Shown in pieces: positions 49,332 through 57,105 of a stretch of 64,000 nt of DNA. Position numbers and translations under genes: made by a program. Numbering within the stretch: position 1 is the stretch's first letter; the number at the start of each line of letters is the position of its first letter. The DNA lies in the IMG/VR virus record IMGVR_UViG_3300042561_000440, positions 363 to 64,362 of that record; one strand, given 5' to 3'. This DNA is from a virus. Lineage: Duplodnaviria; Caudoviricetes. The notes under the pieces were generated by a model. It was not told the DNA's origin and did not search any database. It worked only from the letters and a program-made list of their open reading frames with translations.

Positions 49332-49619
49332 TCAGGTGCAGAACCGCATCGCAAGATTTGCCTTGTTCTCGGCAATGTTCTTCTCCATGCACTCAACGCA
49401 CTGGTTCTGCATGGCAATCAGGTTCGTCAGTTGAGACACCAGCTTCTCGGCATCCTCAACAGTGAAGAACTTCTCCATGTTGGCTTCTTTCCAGTGGGCC
49501 TCATGCACAAGGCTGGACAGATACTTGCTGAACGGCAGCGTTCTTTCCTCAAGATGTGCAACCAAGGCACTTGCCGCTTCGTTGAACTCACTCCAATCGG
49601 GCTCTTCTTCTCTCGCCAT
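49332..49619 (-). CDS. Hypothetical protein
   Basis: AAGGA RBS before ATG 49619. Confidence 0.55.
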   Translation of the reverse strand: MAREEEPDWSEFNEAASALVAHLEERTLPFSKYLSSLVHEAHWKEANMEKFFTVEDAEKLVSQLTNLIAMQNQCVECMEKNIAENKANLAMRFCT

Positions 49620-49675
49620 GTGGGTTTTTCCTTGTGAAGTAAGGGGAACTTGAGCAAGCCGCTTCTTGGTGCGCT

Positions 49676-50578
49676 TCATGAACACCATTCCAGTGCAGCA
49701 TGGGCATTGACCGCATCCTTGACCTTCTTGACGATCTCCTTGGACTCAACCAGATCGACACCCAAGATTTCCGAGTAGTCATTCAGCAAGTCCAAGACTT
49801 CCTGACACTCCTTCAGCCGGGTGGCAGTGCCATTAGCCCGCTGCTTCTTGTCATCGCCAAGGTCATGGATCGAGGCCTCGACAGCCTTCATCCGGTCCTT
49901 GGCAATCTGCTTGACTGCCTTCATCACCGCCGCATAAGAAGTCTCAGTGGGGACCACCGGGAACTTCACCATCACCAACTCAGGCCCGCCGCCAATGGCA
50001 TTGATGTGCTTGGCAAACTGATCGAACCGCTCAATCCCCTTCTCAGGCAGGAAGTAAAAGCCGCCCGTCCGTCGCACAAGGATTCCACCCAAGGTGGAGA
50101 TGACCTTGGCAAAGCAGCCGGAAACCATGGCAGTTGGGTAGTAGTTGCAGCGGTGGTCAAACACCTTCTGCAACACCGCCTCCACCTGAGACTTATGGTT
50201 GTCGAGCTGGGGAAGAATGGCTGAGTTGTGCTTGGGGATGCAGACCATCCCGTTGGCATCAATCACAACACTTGCCACAAACACCGGGTCAACATCCTCA
50301 TTGCCGGGATTGATCTGGCGGGCATCAAACCCAGTGACATCTGCCGACAGCCGGAAGGTCTTGATTGGCTTGCCCCGCACCTTGATCTTGGCCTTCTCGA
50401 TGAAGGTCATGAAAGCATCTTGCAGGGCAGCCGCCTTGACGCTGTGCTTGGGAGCCAGCCCATCAAGGTTCACCCCCTTGAGTGCCGCAGCAAGGTCAGC
50501 AATCTTCATCTCCTCGGGCTCCCAGTAAATCATCCCACCGTCCTTGCCCGATCCATCGACGTTGATGATCTTGTTCAT
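49676..50578 (-). CDS. DUF6744/DUF3150-like protein of MoxR-VWA clusters
   Basis: GGMIYW, VRRTGGFYFLP, helical C-terminus; context. Confidence 0.6.
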   Translation of the reverse strand: MNKIINVDGSGKDGGMIYWEPEEMKIADLAAALKGVNLDGLAPKHSVKAAALQDAFMTFIEKAKIKVRGKPIKTFRLSADVTGFDARQINPGNEDVDPVFVASVVIDANGMVCIPKHNSAILPQLDNHKSQVEAVLQKVFDHRCNYYPTAMVSGCFAKVISTLGGILVRRTGGFYFLPEKGIERFDQFAKHINAIGGGPELVMVKFPVVPTETSYAAVMKAVKQIAKDRMKAVEASIHDLGDDKKQRANGTATRLKECQEVLDLLNDYSEILGVDLVESKEIVKKVKDAVNAHAALEWCS

Positions 50579-50668
50579 ACTCACCTCTTTCTTTAGTGCA
50601 GGCACAATGCCTGAGCCCACTTGCCAAGGCTTGCACTTGGCTGCCGCTAAGTAAGTGGGTGCCAGTTA

Positions 50669-51514
50669 CTAGACTGGCGGGAGTTCAAACGTGGCATCGG
50701 GCCGTGCATACAGCTTGCTCAGGCCGCGATGCTCAAGGAATGCAACAATCGCAGTGCAACACCGAACGTAGGTGTCGAACCGTGCCGGAATTCCCTTGTG
50801 AAGGACGTTGGACAACAGGTATTCCCGAAGCCTGATTGCCGCAGTGTCACCGGCAGAAGGGGCAATCCCGCTGGCAAGGATTTCCATGAACTCCTTGAGG
50901 CGGGTCTTGTTTGCTGAGAACGAAGCCGCAGCAATGGCAGCGTAGACCTGAGCAATGGCAATCTTCCGGTGCTGCCGGACGGACATGGCAAAGATCACTG
51001 CCTGTTCGTACTGGGACTGCATCTTGGCAAACTCACCAAGCTCAACCTCCTCATAGGTGGTCGAGTTCCAGCACTCAGCACCAATGGTCTGACGCTCAAG
51101 CTCAACAAGCATTGCCCGGTAGACAGCCAAGGCATTCCGGCTCAGGTGCTTGCCGGTAAAGTCCATGTTGTCCCCGAGAGTCCTCTTGTCGCCCTTGTCC
51201 AAAGAGTCATGGGCCTCAAGTGGCAGGCCGTAAGTCACCATCACTTGGACCGGAACCCCGGCCAAGACAATGGCTGCAAGCCGGTGCTGTCCGTCAGCCA
51301 AGACATCGTTCTCGTAGAAGGCAATGCCTTGATGCGTCACCCTCCACAGTCCCTTGGTGATGGACCGGGCAATCGACTTGACCTTTCGCTCCGACATCTT
51401 TCTGTTGCGTTTGTTGGCAGTTGTCAGCCAAGACTTGGCAACTTGTGGGGTGACGGTCATCACTTCGCTGATGAGACCGCTGGCGGAACTGTTGTTGGTA
51501 ATGCTTTTAATCAT
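50669..51514 (-). CDS. ParB/Srx-like N-terminal domain protein
   Basis: VTPQVAKSWL..NR..., GIAF, LADGQHRLAAI. Confidence 0.75.
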   Translation of the reverse strand: MIKSITNNSSASGLISEVMTVTPQVAKSWLTTANKRNRKMSERKVKSIARSITKGLWRVTHQGIAFYENDVLADGQHRLAAIVLAGVPVQVMVTYGLPLEAHDSLDKGDKRTLGDNMDFTGKHLSRNALAVYRAMLVELERQTIGAECWNSTTYEEVELGEFAKMQSQYEQAVIFAMSVRQHRKIAIAQVYAAIAAASFSANKTRLKEFMEILASGIAPSAGDTAAIRLREYLLSNVLHKGIPARFDTYVRCCTAIVAFLEHRGLSKLYARPDATFELPPV

Positions 51515-51726
51515 CGAGCCCTCCTGTATGCCCTTGATGCCATCCGAATTTGTTCGGGGTCATGGCCTACAACAACCAATGACCCAGCAGTCTTGTGCCC
51601 GTAGCTCATAAACGTCACCTTGCGATGCTCACCGGAGCAGCCAAGGCAAGTAACCGACCGCCCAGTCTCAAGAAGAAACTCAGCCCGCTCGTCAGCAACA
51701 GGCTGGTCACACCTCAAGCACTTCAC
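51511..51726 (-). CDS. TraR/DksA C4 zinc-finger protein
   Basis: CLRCDQPVADERAE...TCLGC. Confidence 0.7.
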   Translation of the reverse strand: MKCLRCDQPVADERAEFLLETGRSVTCLGCSGEHRKVTFMSYGHKTAGSLVVVGHDPEQIRMASRAYRRAR

Positions 51727-52001
51727 TCAGCCCTCCTTTCAGACTCCCTTGCACCAGCCAAGGAAATCTTGTGTGTCGGGTCTTCGCTGTTGATGTCGGC
51801 CCAAATCAGCACCCAAAGCTGACCCTCATACCACTCAACCTTGACGGGCAGGCCGCAGCCATCTTGAGAACCGCAGTCCCCGTAGCCTTCGGCACCAAAC
51901 CAAAGGGTGCCGCCCTCTGCCAGCACCACAGTGAAAGGCACCTTGGTATTGTCGCCTGTGTGAAAGTCCTCCAAGACGCCACTGAACTTGATGTCACTCA
52001 T
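51723..52001 (-). CDS. Hypothetical protein
   Basis: GGAGG RBS; VLIWADINSEDPTHKISL. Confidence 0.65.
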   Translation of the reverse strand: MSDIKFSGVLEDFHTGDNTKVPFTVVLAEGGTLWFGAEGYGDCGSQDGCGLPVKVEWYEGQLWVLIWADINSEDPTHKISLAGARESERRAE

Positions 52002-52290
52002 GGCCCCTCCCTTCTGCCTTGGCAATGGCGTCTGTAAAAACCTCAAACTCCCCGGACAGATGCTCGTCAATGTCGTAGTCCTGCATGACATCCACTGCTT
52101 TCTTGAGAGCGGCCAGCAAGTCATGGGCAGAGGCAGCGCGGCCTGCAACAACATCTTCCCGGCGAACCACATCGGCCTGCTCCATGAGGGCAAGCCTCAT
52201 GTTGTCGGCGTGTTCGGAGAAAGCCATGGCCTGCCGAACCCAGTAGTCCCGGCTTTTCCGAAGTCGATTGATCTCGTCGGCGTCACTCAT
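51994..52290 (-). CDS. Hypothetical protein
   Basis: SAHDLLAALK...AIAKAEG phage-type motif. Confidence 0.65.
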   Translation of the reverse strand: MSDADEINRLRKSRDYWVRQAMAFSEHADNMRLALMEQADVVRREDVVAGRAASAHDLLAALKKAVDVMQDYDIDEHLSGEFEVFTDAIAKAEGRGHE

Positions 52291-52496
52291 TCCTCATCTC
52301 CTTTCTTAGGACCATAGATGTCCTTGAGCCTGTCCCTCTCAGCCGGGGACAGTGCGTCATAGATTTCGTACTGGGTCTCAACCGGCAGCTTGAAGATGTC
52401 CCTCAGGTCAACCATCCCCTTGAAGGGAGAGTCCTTTTCGATGGCCAGCTTGATGACCACCACCCAATCCTCAACCGTCTTGTCCTTGGCTTTCAC
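52287..52496 (-). CDS. Hypothetical protein
   Basis: 69 aa, coupled. Confidence 0.6.
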   Translation of the reverse strand: MKAKDKTVEDWVVVIKLAIEKDSPFKGMVDLRDIFKLPVETQYEIYDALSPAERDRLKDIYGPKKGDEE

Positions 52497-52660
52497 TTCT
52501 TATCTCCCTCTCTTGTGGTGTGGCTCCAAGTCAGTTGCGGGGCCAGCCAGTTGCAGAAGGCTCTGACGTATTGCTCCCGGCTTTCCTCAGGTTGTGGCCC
52601 CCTGAAACCACGCAGCTTCAGGTGGGCAGCAAGCTCCTCGATGGTGCTGACGTTGCTCAT
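52493..52660 (-). CDS. Small hypothetical protein (55 aa, MSNVSTIEEL...)
   Basis: Translated by hand; GGAGG RBS; coupled on both sides. Confidence 0.55.
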   Translation of the reverse strand: MSNVSTIEELAAHLKLRGFRGPQPEESREQYVRAFCNWLAPQLTWSHTTREGDKK

Positions 52661-52797
52661 CACTCATCCTCCTCATAGCTTTCGACAACAACTGACTCGT
52701 CCGGCCTTAGGTCAAGCAGGTCTTGCCAGTCCCAAGAGTCAGGGCTGGGCGTAAACTTCTCATTGAAAATGATGGTCAGGGTGACGGTGGCTTTCAT
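52660..52797 (-). CDS. Small acidic protein (45 aa, MKATVTLTII...)
   Basis: Translated by hand; stop/start overlaps. Confidence 0.55.
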   Translation of the reverse strand: MKATVTLTIIFNEKFTPSPDSWDWQDLLDLRPDESVVVESYEEDE

Positions 52798-52892
52798 TCT
52801 TCACCCTCCCCTTGGACACACTTGGGGCAGGTCGTGACTCCCTCAAGCTGGAGGAAGCAGCCGCAAGAATCGCAGTGGTCAGATTCACTCAT
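52794..52892 (-). CDS. 32-aa Zn-ribbon microprotein
   Basis: MSESDHCDSCG...CPKC; AAGG RBS; ATGA overlap. Confidence 0.5.
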   Translation of the reverse strand: MSESDHCDSCGCFLQLEGVTTCPKCVQGEGEE

Positions 52893-52948
52893 GGCAAACC
52901 TTTCTTACGCAGATTGGACAATCCAGATAGAGGCTTTTGTCGAGCCAC

Positions 52949-52993
52949 AAAAAAACCCGGCCAGCCCCAAGGTTTCCCTCAGGACTGGCCGGG
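52949..52993 (-). terminator. Intrinsic terminator
   Basis: Long stem with GAAA loop, then T7GT. Confidence 0.8.
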
Positions 52994-53216
52994 CCACACA
53001 CTTCACAGGAGTCTCTTAGTCAGGTCAGGAATAGGCCTCGGTCAAAATGAAGCCTTCAACGTCATCCAGCCACGAAATCACCTTGTCAGGAGTAGGAACA
53101 AGGGTTGGTGTCACGACTGCCACAACTTCCTTCATAATCACCCCATAGTAAAAAAGGTTGTGATAAACCAGTAGGAAACGGCACCGCACAGATAACTGAA
53201 GGCAAGGTCTTGCATC

Positions 53217-53639
53217 TCAGTTGCCCTCCCTCTTGACACCCCGCTTTCGGAGCCCAGCAGCCTTGGCAGCAGCCCTCCAAGCTGGATATTCAGGCGACTG
53301 GAAGAAGGCAGCAAGCTCGTCAACTTGGTCCTCGTAGAGGCTGCAAGCGTTCTGGAACTTGGGATTCCGCCAGTGGAACTTGCAGTAGCCCAAGGGGTAG
53401 ACCGTGGTGTCGCAAGGGGCTCCCTCAAGGGCAACCTTCTCGTCAGCAGGGATCGACCGATACTTAGCCTTGGCAGGCTCGGAAGGAATCGGGGCAGCAA
53501 TTACTTGCTCGACAACAGCGTCAGTCACAGCTTCAGCAGCGGCCTCAACAGCGGCTTCCACAGCAGCAGCGGAAGGAGGAGTGTGGTCGCCCATGATTTC
53601 AGCAAACATTTCGTCAAAGTTGTCATTGTCATTGGACAT
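53217..53639 (-). CDS. Hypothetical early protein, paralogue of 55742..56065
   Basis: TTVYPLGY...CSLYEDQVDELAAFFQS. Confidence 0.7.
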   Translation of the reverse strand: MSNDNDNFDEMFAEIMGDHTPPSAAAVEAAVEAAAEAVTDAVVEQVIAAPIPSEPAKAKYRSIPADEKVALEGAPCDTTVYPLGYCKFHWRNPKFQNACSLYEDQVDELAAFFQSPEYPAWRAAAKAAGLRKRGVKREGN

Positions 53640-53684
53640 GGATACTCTCCAGAGGGGAAACGGGGGGAAACGGAACCGGCCCAG

Positions 53685-53724
53685 ACCACAGAACCCGGCC
53701 CAGCGTTAGCTGGGCTCGCGGGGG
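53685..53724 (-). promoter_or_regulatory. Repeated structured leader element, copy 2
   Basis: CCCGCGAGCCCAGC-TAAC-GCTGGGC-CGGGTTCTGTGGT, 46 nt before the ATG. Confidence 0.75.
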
Positions 53725-54029
53725 GAAATTGCTCTTGCCGCCATCGCCACCAAGGCTTCAAGCATGGCATTAAGCTTGGACTCATAGTCAGACTTCTCAC
53801 TTGCCCTAAGCTCGGCAAGCTTGACGCACTCGTCTTGGGTGGCAGCAAGTTGGTTGCTGATGTTGCTGATCGTCTTGAAAAGCTCTGCCTCTCTTTCTCT
53901 TAGGGCTTGATTGCCCCGAATAACCTGCGCCTCAAGCTGGCTAACCCTGTCCCTAAGAAGGTTTTCTTCGGACAGGAGCAGCCTGCTACGCTTGGGCTTT
54001 GGCCCTAGCAAGAAGTCTTTCCTTGCCAT
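53706..54029 (-). CDS. Coiled-coil hypothetical protein
   Basis: AAGGAG RBS; its stop codon lies in the loop of leader copy 2. Confidence 0.6.
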   Translation of the reverse strand: MARKDFLLGPKPKRSRLLLSEENLLRDRVSQLEAQVIRGNQALREREAELFKTISNISNQLAATQDECVKLAELRASEKSDYESKLNAMLEALVAMAARAISPREPS

Positions 54030-54060
54030 GCTTTCTCCTTGGTGGTGGGGAAGTGACAAC

Positions 54061-54104
54061 AAAAAAACCGGGGCAGCCAAGGATTTCTCCCTGACTGCCC
54101 CGGT
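54061..54104 (-). terminator. Intrinsic terminator
   Basis: 16-bp stem, AGAAAT loop, T7GT. Confidence 0.8.
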
Positions 54105-54120
54105 AAGCAATTGCCCCACT

Positions 54121-54276
54121 TCAGATAACGTCCCAACCATTGAGCCGAATGTGCTGGGTCTCAAGCCTCTTGCCAGCCCTGCGGTTAGCCCGGTGGTTAA
54201 GCCTCTTGAAATCCTTCTTGCCGCGCCGCTTGGAGCCCTTGGTGACCATGCTCCAAGCCTTGGTCCAGTCAGTCAT
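54121..54276 (-). CDS. Small very basic protein (51 aa, MTDWTKAWSM...)
   Basis: Translated by hand; K/R-rich. Confidence 0.55.
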   Translation of the reverse strand: MTDWTKAWSMVTKGSKRRGKKDFKRLNHRANRRAGKRLETQHIRLNGWDVI

Positions 54277-54475
54277 TCAGCACCCCTTTCTTGAGTTCGG
54301 CAATATCTTCACTCAGCACGGCAATCCTTCTGGTCTTGGCGTTGCCCCACTTCTCAAGCCTCGCCTTTTCCTCTTCCAAGAACTTGACCCTTGCCAGAAG
54401 GGCCGCAATCTGAACGTCCTTGGCCTGAACCAAAATCTTGAGCCCGTCGTCGGTCAACCTATCCAAAATGGACAT
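54269..54475 (-). CDS. Small coiled-coil protein
   Basis: AAGGAG RBS. Confidence 0.6.
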   Translation of the reverse strand: MSILDRLTDDGLKILVQAKDVQIAALLARVKFLEEEKARLEKWGNAKTRRIAVLSEDIAELKKGVLND

Positions 54476-54486
54476 GGCAAGACTCC

Positions 54487-54849
54487 TTAGGAAAAGAGGG
54501 ACAACTGTTTAGATTGCTGCTGGCAACTACCCCCTTGGGCAGGACGCCAACGATGCCGCTCCTTGACCAACTCCCAGACTTCAAGAAACTCAGGAGTACC
54601 CTTGGCCCATTCCTTGCCGTAGTTGCGTCTCGGCACTCTCAAGAATTGCCGCTCAACCCGGTGGATAAGCTCATTCTCAGCAGCCACCATGTCATTGGTG
54701 GGGAAGGAATCTATTGGTGTGAGAATGTCTGGATTGGGCTTTCGGTAGGCAGGGTTTCTCTTGGATATATCCCGAGCCTTGCCGAAGCAGTAAAGCCTCT
54801 TGTCGGGGTCATACCTGAGGTAGATAAACCCAGCTTGGTAGCCATCCAT
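54487..54849 (-). CDS. GIY-YIG (T5orf172-like) domain protein
   Basis: GFIYL...LYCFGKARDISKR...AENELIH...GKEW. Confidence 0.7.
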   Translation of the reverse strand: MDGYQAGFIYLRYDPDKRLYCFGKARDISKRNPAYRKPNPDILTPIDSFPTNDMVAAENELIHRVERQFLRVPRRNYGKEWAKGTPEFLEVWELVKERHRWRPAQGGSCQQQSKQLSLFS

Positions 54850-54870
54850 GAGTCCCTCCTTTCTGGGAAC

Positions 54871-54915
54871 AAAAAAACCCCCGGAACCCAAGGATTTCTC
54901 CAAGGATTCCGGGGT
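54871..54915 (-). terminator. Intrinsic terminator
   Basis: Long stem, GGAGAAATCC apex, T7GT. Confidence 0.8.
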
Positions 54916-54933
54916 AGTGGTGGCCCTCAAGGC

Positions 54934-55143
54934 TCAGTTGTCCGAAGGCTTGGCGTTCAGGTTGGCCCGGCAAGTCTCAATCACCAGCTTGACCGCCTCA
55001 GTCTGGAGGACAGCCAAGAACTTGACGCCCACTTCCTTGCTGACCTTTCCAGTGTGCATCCCAACAAAGACTTGGGCAGCGGTGGCCATGGCATTGTGAA
55101 TCACGTTGTCCACCATGGCCCTATCTTCAGCGGTCATGTTCAT
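54934..55143 (-). CDS. Small hypothetical protein
   Basis: 69 aa between two terminators. Confidence 0.6.
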   Translation of the reverse strand: MNMTAEDRAMVDNVIHNAMATAAQVFVGMHTGKVSKEVGVKFLAVLQTEAVKLVIETCRANLNAKPSDN

Positions 55144-55184
55144 GATTAAGCCTTCTTTTTGAGGGTGAAACTGACTGACTGAAC

Positions 55185-55224
55185 AAAAAAACCCCGGCCA
55201 ACCCATTGAAGGGCTGACCGGGGT
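55185..55224 (-). terminator. Intrinsic terminator
   Basis: accccggtcagccc/gggttggccggggt stem, then T-run and GT. Confidence 0.8.
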
Positions 55225-55245
55225 AATTGCTTGCCCAGAGGGGGC

Positions 55246-55443
55246 TCACTCAACAACGACGTAGCCGTTCTCCTCCAAGACTTCAGTTGCAGCGAGGTGG
55301 GCGCAAGCAACTTGCTCTTCGGGCTCCATGCCATCGTCATAGAAGGCAAGGATGTTGGCCTCAGGATCGACATCCTTGAGGGGCTGCCCAGCAGTCTTGG
55401 AGACCAACTGAGCGACGTAGGCAACGAATTCATAGCGTTTCAT
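55246..55443 (-). CDS. Small acidic hypothetical protein
   Basis: CAGGAG RBS, MKRYEF start. Confidence 0.65.
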   Translation of the reverse strand: MKRYEFVAYVAQLVSKTAGQPLKDVDPEANILAFYDDGMEPEEQVACAHLAATEVLEENGYVVVE

Positions 55444-55486
55444 GGGAAAGACTCCTGAGAAGGGGTGTGAGAACCGGAACCGCTGA

Positions 55487-55524
55487 ACCACAGAACCCGC
55501 CTCCCCTTTGGGGAGGACACGGGG
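55487..55524 (-). promoter_or_regulatory. Repeated structured leader element, copy 3
   Basis: CCCGTGT-CCTCCCC-AAA-GGGGAGG-CGGGTTCTGTGGT, 44 nt before the ATG. Confidence 0.75.
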
Positions 55525-55545
55525 GGAAGATGCTGATGAACTTCA

Positions 55546-55616
55546 GGAGACCCACCCAAGAATCGAACTTGGCCCCCTGAGCAAGGCTCAAAGGTTCCAT
55601 GTCGAGCTTCAGCCCC
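55546..55616 (-). ncRNA. tRNA-like element (Ala/tmRNA-like ends)
   Basis: Starts GGGGCTG; perfect T-arm CCAAG-TTCGATT-CTTGG; ends CTCC; no CCA and non-canonical anticodon arm. Confidence 0.35.
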
Positions 55617-55678
55617 AAGCCCTCTAGAAAGACTTGAGAACGTCGTTAGCCCTTGTGGGCCACCTGAAATCCACCAAC

Positions 55679-55720
55679 AAAAAAACCCCCAGAGCAACCC
55701 GTTAAGGTCACTCTGGGGGT
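55679..55720 (-). terminator. Intrinsic terminator
   Basis: acccccagag/ctctgggggt stem, then T-run and GT. Confidence 0.8.
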
Positions 55721-55741
55721 TAGTTGGGAAGCCCCTAAGGC

Positions 55742-56065
55742 TTAAGCCTTGGGACGGTCAGAGAGGCTAGCAAGCTCACTCTGGAGGTGGGCAATGAGTT
55801 CCTCCACAGCGTTCTTGTAGAGGCAACCATTGCCTTGGTTGAGTTCCAGCCGGATGTATCCCTTGGGATACCGGGTGGTGGACATGGTGGAAGTCTTGGC
55901 CCTCCACTGAACCTTGCCCTCGACCGGCTGGTAATCCTTGGGCTTGGGCTCAAGGAAGGCCTTGATGGTGGGCTTGAGGTGGTCAAACACCCCAGACTTG
56001 TCCTCCAGCATGGCCTTGAGTTGAGTCTTGGGGAACTTGGTGGGGTCAAAAGCAACGGTGGACAT
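55742..56065 (-). CDS. Hypothetical early protein, paralogue of 53217..53639
   Basis: TTRYPKGY...CLYKNAVEELIAHLQS; AAGGAG RBS. Confidence 0.7.
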   Translation of the reverse strand: MSTVAFDPTKFPKTQLKAMLEDKSGVFDHLKPTIKAFLEPKPKDYQPVEGKVQWRAKTSTMSTTRYPKGYIRLELNQGNGCLYKNAVEELIAHLQSELASLSDRPKA

Positions 56066-56115
56066 GAGAAACTCCTTGGGAAAGTGTGAGAAACAAACCG
56101 AACCGAAACCGACCA

Positions 56116-56153
56116 ACCACAGAACCCGGCCCTCCTTCGGAGGGCTCGCGGGG
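56116..56153 (-). promoter_or_regulatory. Repeated structured leader element, copy 4
   Basis: CCCGCGAGCCCTCC-GAA-GGAGGGC-CGGGTTCTGTGGT, 51 nt before the ATG. Confidence 0.75.
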
Positions 56154-56154
56154 A

Positions 56155-56289
56155 TCAACTGTTGACTTCAACCTGCTCACTCCTCTGCTCCCAGAGTGAG
56201 AGAAACATGTCGAAGATTTCTTCTTGGGTGGCCCCTTGGTTCATCTCCAAGGTTTCTTGGAACCCCAAGAAGGGACAAGACAGGGACAT
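56155..56289 (-). CDS. First early ORF, 44-aa acidic peptide
   Basis: TGGAG RBS before ATG 56289. Confidence 0.5.
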   Translation of the reverse strand: MSLSCPFLGFQETLEMNQGATQEEIFDMFLSLWEQRSEQVEVNS

Positions 56290-56354
56290 GGTGGAATCTC
56301 CAGAGAGGGAGAGAGGAGGAAGTGCCAGTTGCCAAGAGCGGCGACCGGCACCAA

Positions 56355-56384
56355 ACCACAGAGCCCGGCCCAGCTTCGCTGGGC
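56355..56384 (-). promoter_or_regulatory. Repeated structured leader element, copy 5
   Basis: GCCCAGC-GAA-GCTGGGC-CGGGCTCTGTGGT, 66 nt before the ATG. Confidence 0.7.
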
Positions 56385-56761
56385 AGAAACCACACAAGAG
56401 CTAACTACTGTGGTTCTTCTTGTTCAGCAGAACTGTTGGTGTTGGTAATTACCTACAGTTGGTGGTGCTGCAAGGAGGGAAGGTCATAGGTTTATGGCAA
56501 GTTTTCTTATAGAGCCGGGATACCGTTCCCAGCGATATTCCCATTAATAGATCAAGCTGCAAGAGCCGCGCACGCACCCACCCGCCCACCCCCGCGCGTG
56601 AGTCAACTACAGTAACGTCCCCCTCTTGGATTTTTTCCAACTTTTGAAACCGGGGTATCCATCTCTACACCGGGGCATCCCACTAACCAACAAAAGCCCC
56701 TTACCAAAACGCACCACGGCCCACATAACGGTTCACAAGCCCAAGAACCACCGGAGCGGCC

Positions 56762-56902
56762 ATGTCAACGAACAGCCCCGCAAACAACAAGCGGTACTGC
56801 AAGGCGTGGTATCAGAGACTGAAGCAAGAACCTGCTAAGTGGCGGGCCTTTCTGGACCACCGGGCTCGCTACAAGAAGGTTGCGAATCTGGTGGCCAAAT
56901 GA
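56762..56902 (+). CDS. Small basic protein (46 aa, MSTNSPANNK...)
   Basis: GGAG RBS, ATGA coupling to 56899. Confidence 0.5.
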   Translation: MSTNSPANNKRYCKAWYQRLKQEPAKWRAFLDHRARYKKVANLVAK

Positions 56903-57105
56903 GTGGCTCCAAGCACGCTGCCCCACCCACCGGATATTGGGCAGAAGGGTTCACGCCGGAGCAGATTATTGAGGTCTACCGGCAGCACCACGCCGCACAA
57001 TTACCCCCTGAGCCCGTCCCTCTGAACCAGCACCCCTTCATCAAGCTGGTCGAGGGCTTCTTTGGACCCCTTTCTCTAATCAAAGTCGATGGACCAAAAG
57101 TGTAG
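56899..57105 (+). CDS. Hypothetical protein
   Basis: Coupled start. Confidence 0.5.
   Translation: MSGSKHAAPPTGYWAEGFTPEQIIEVYRQHHAAQLPPEPVPLNQHPFIKLVEGFFGPLSLIKVDGPKV

Noticed and set aside
52940-56390. CRISPR array or integron attC cassette array
   Set aside because: Repeats are irregularly spaced around genes and vary in sequence; no cas genes; no clear attC R-box architecture recognised
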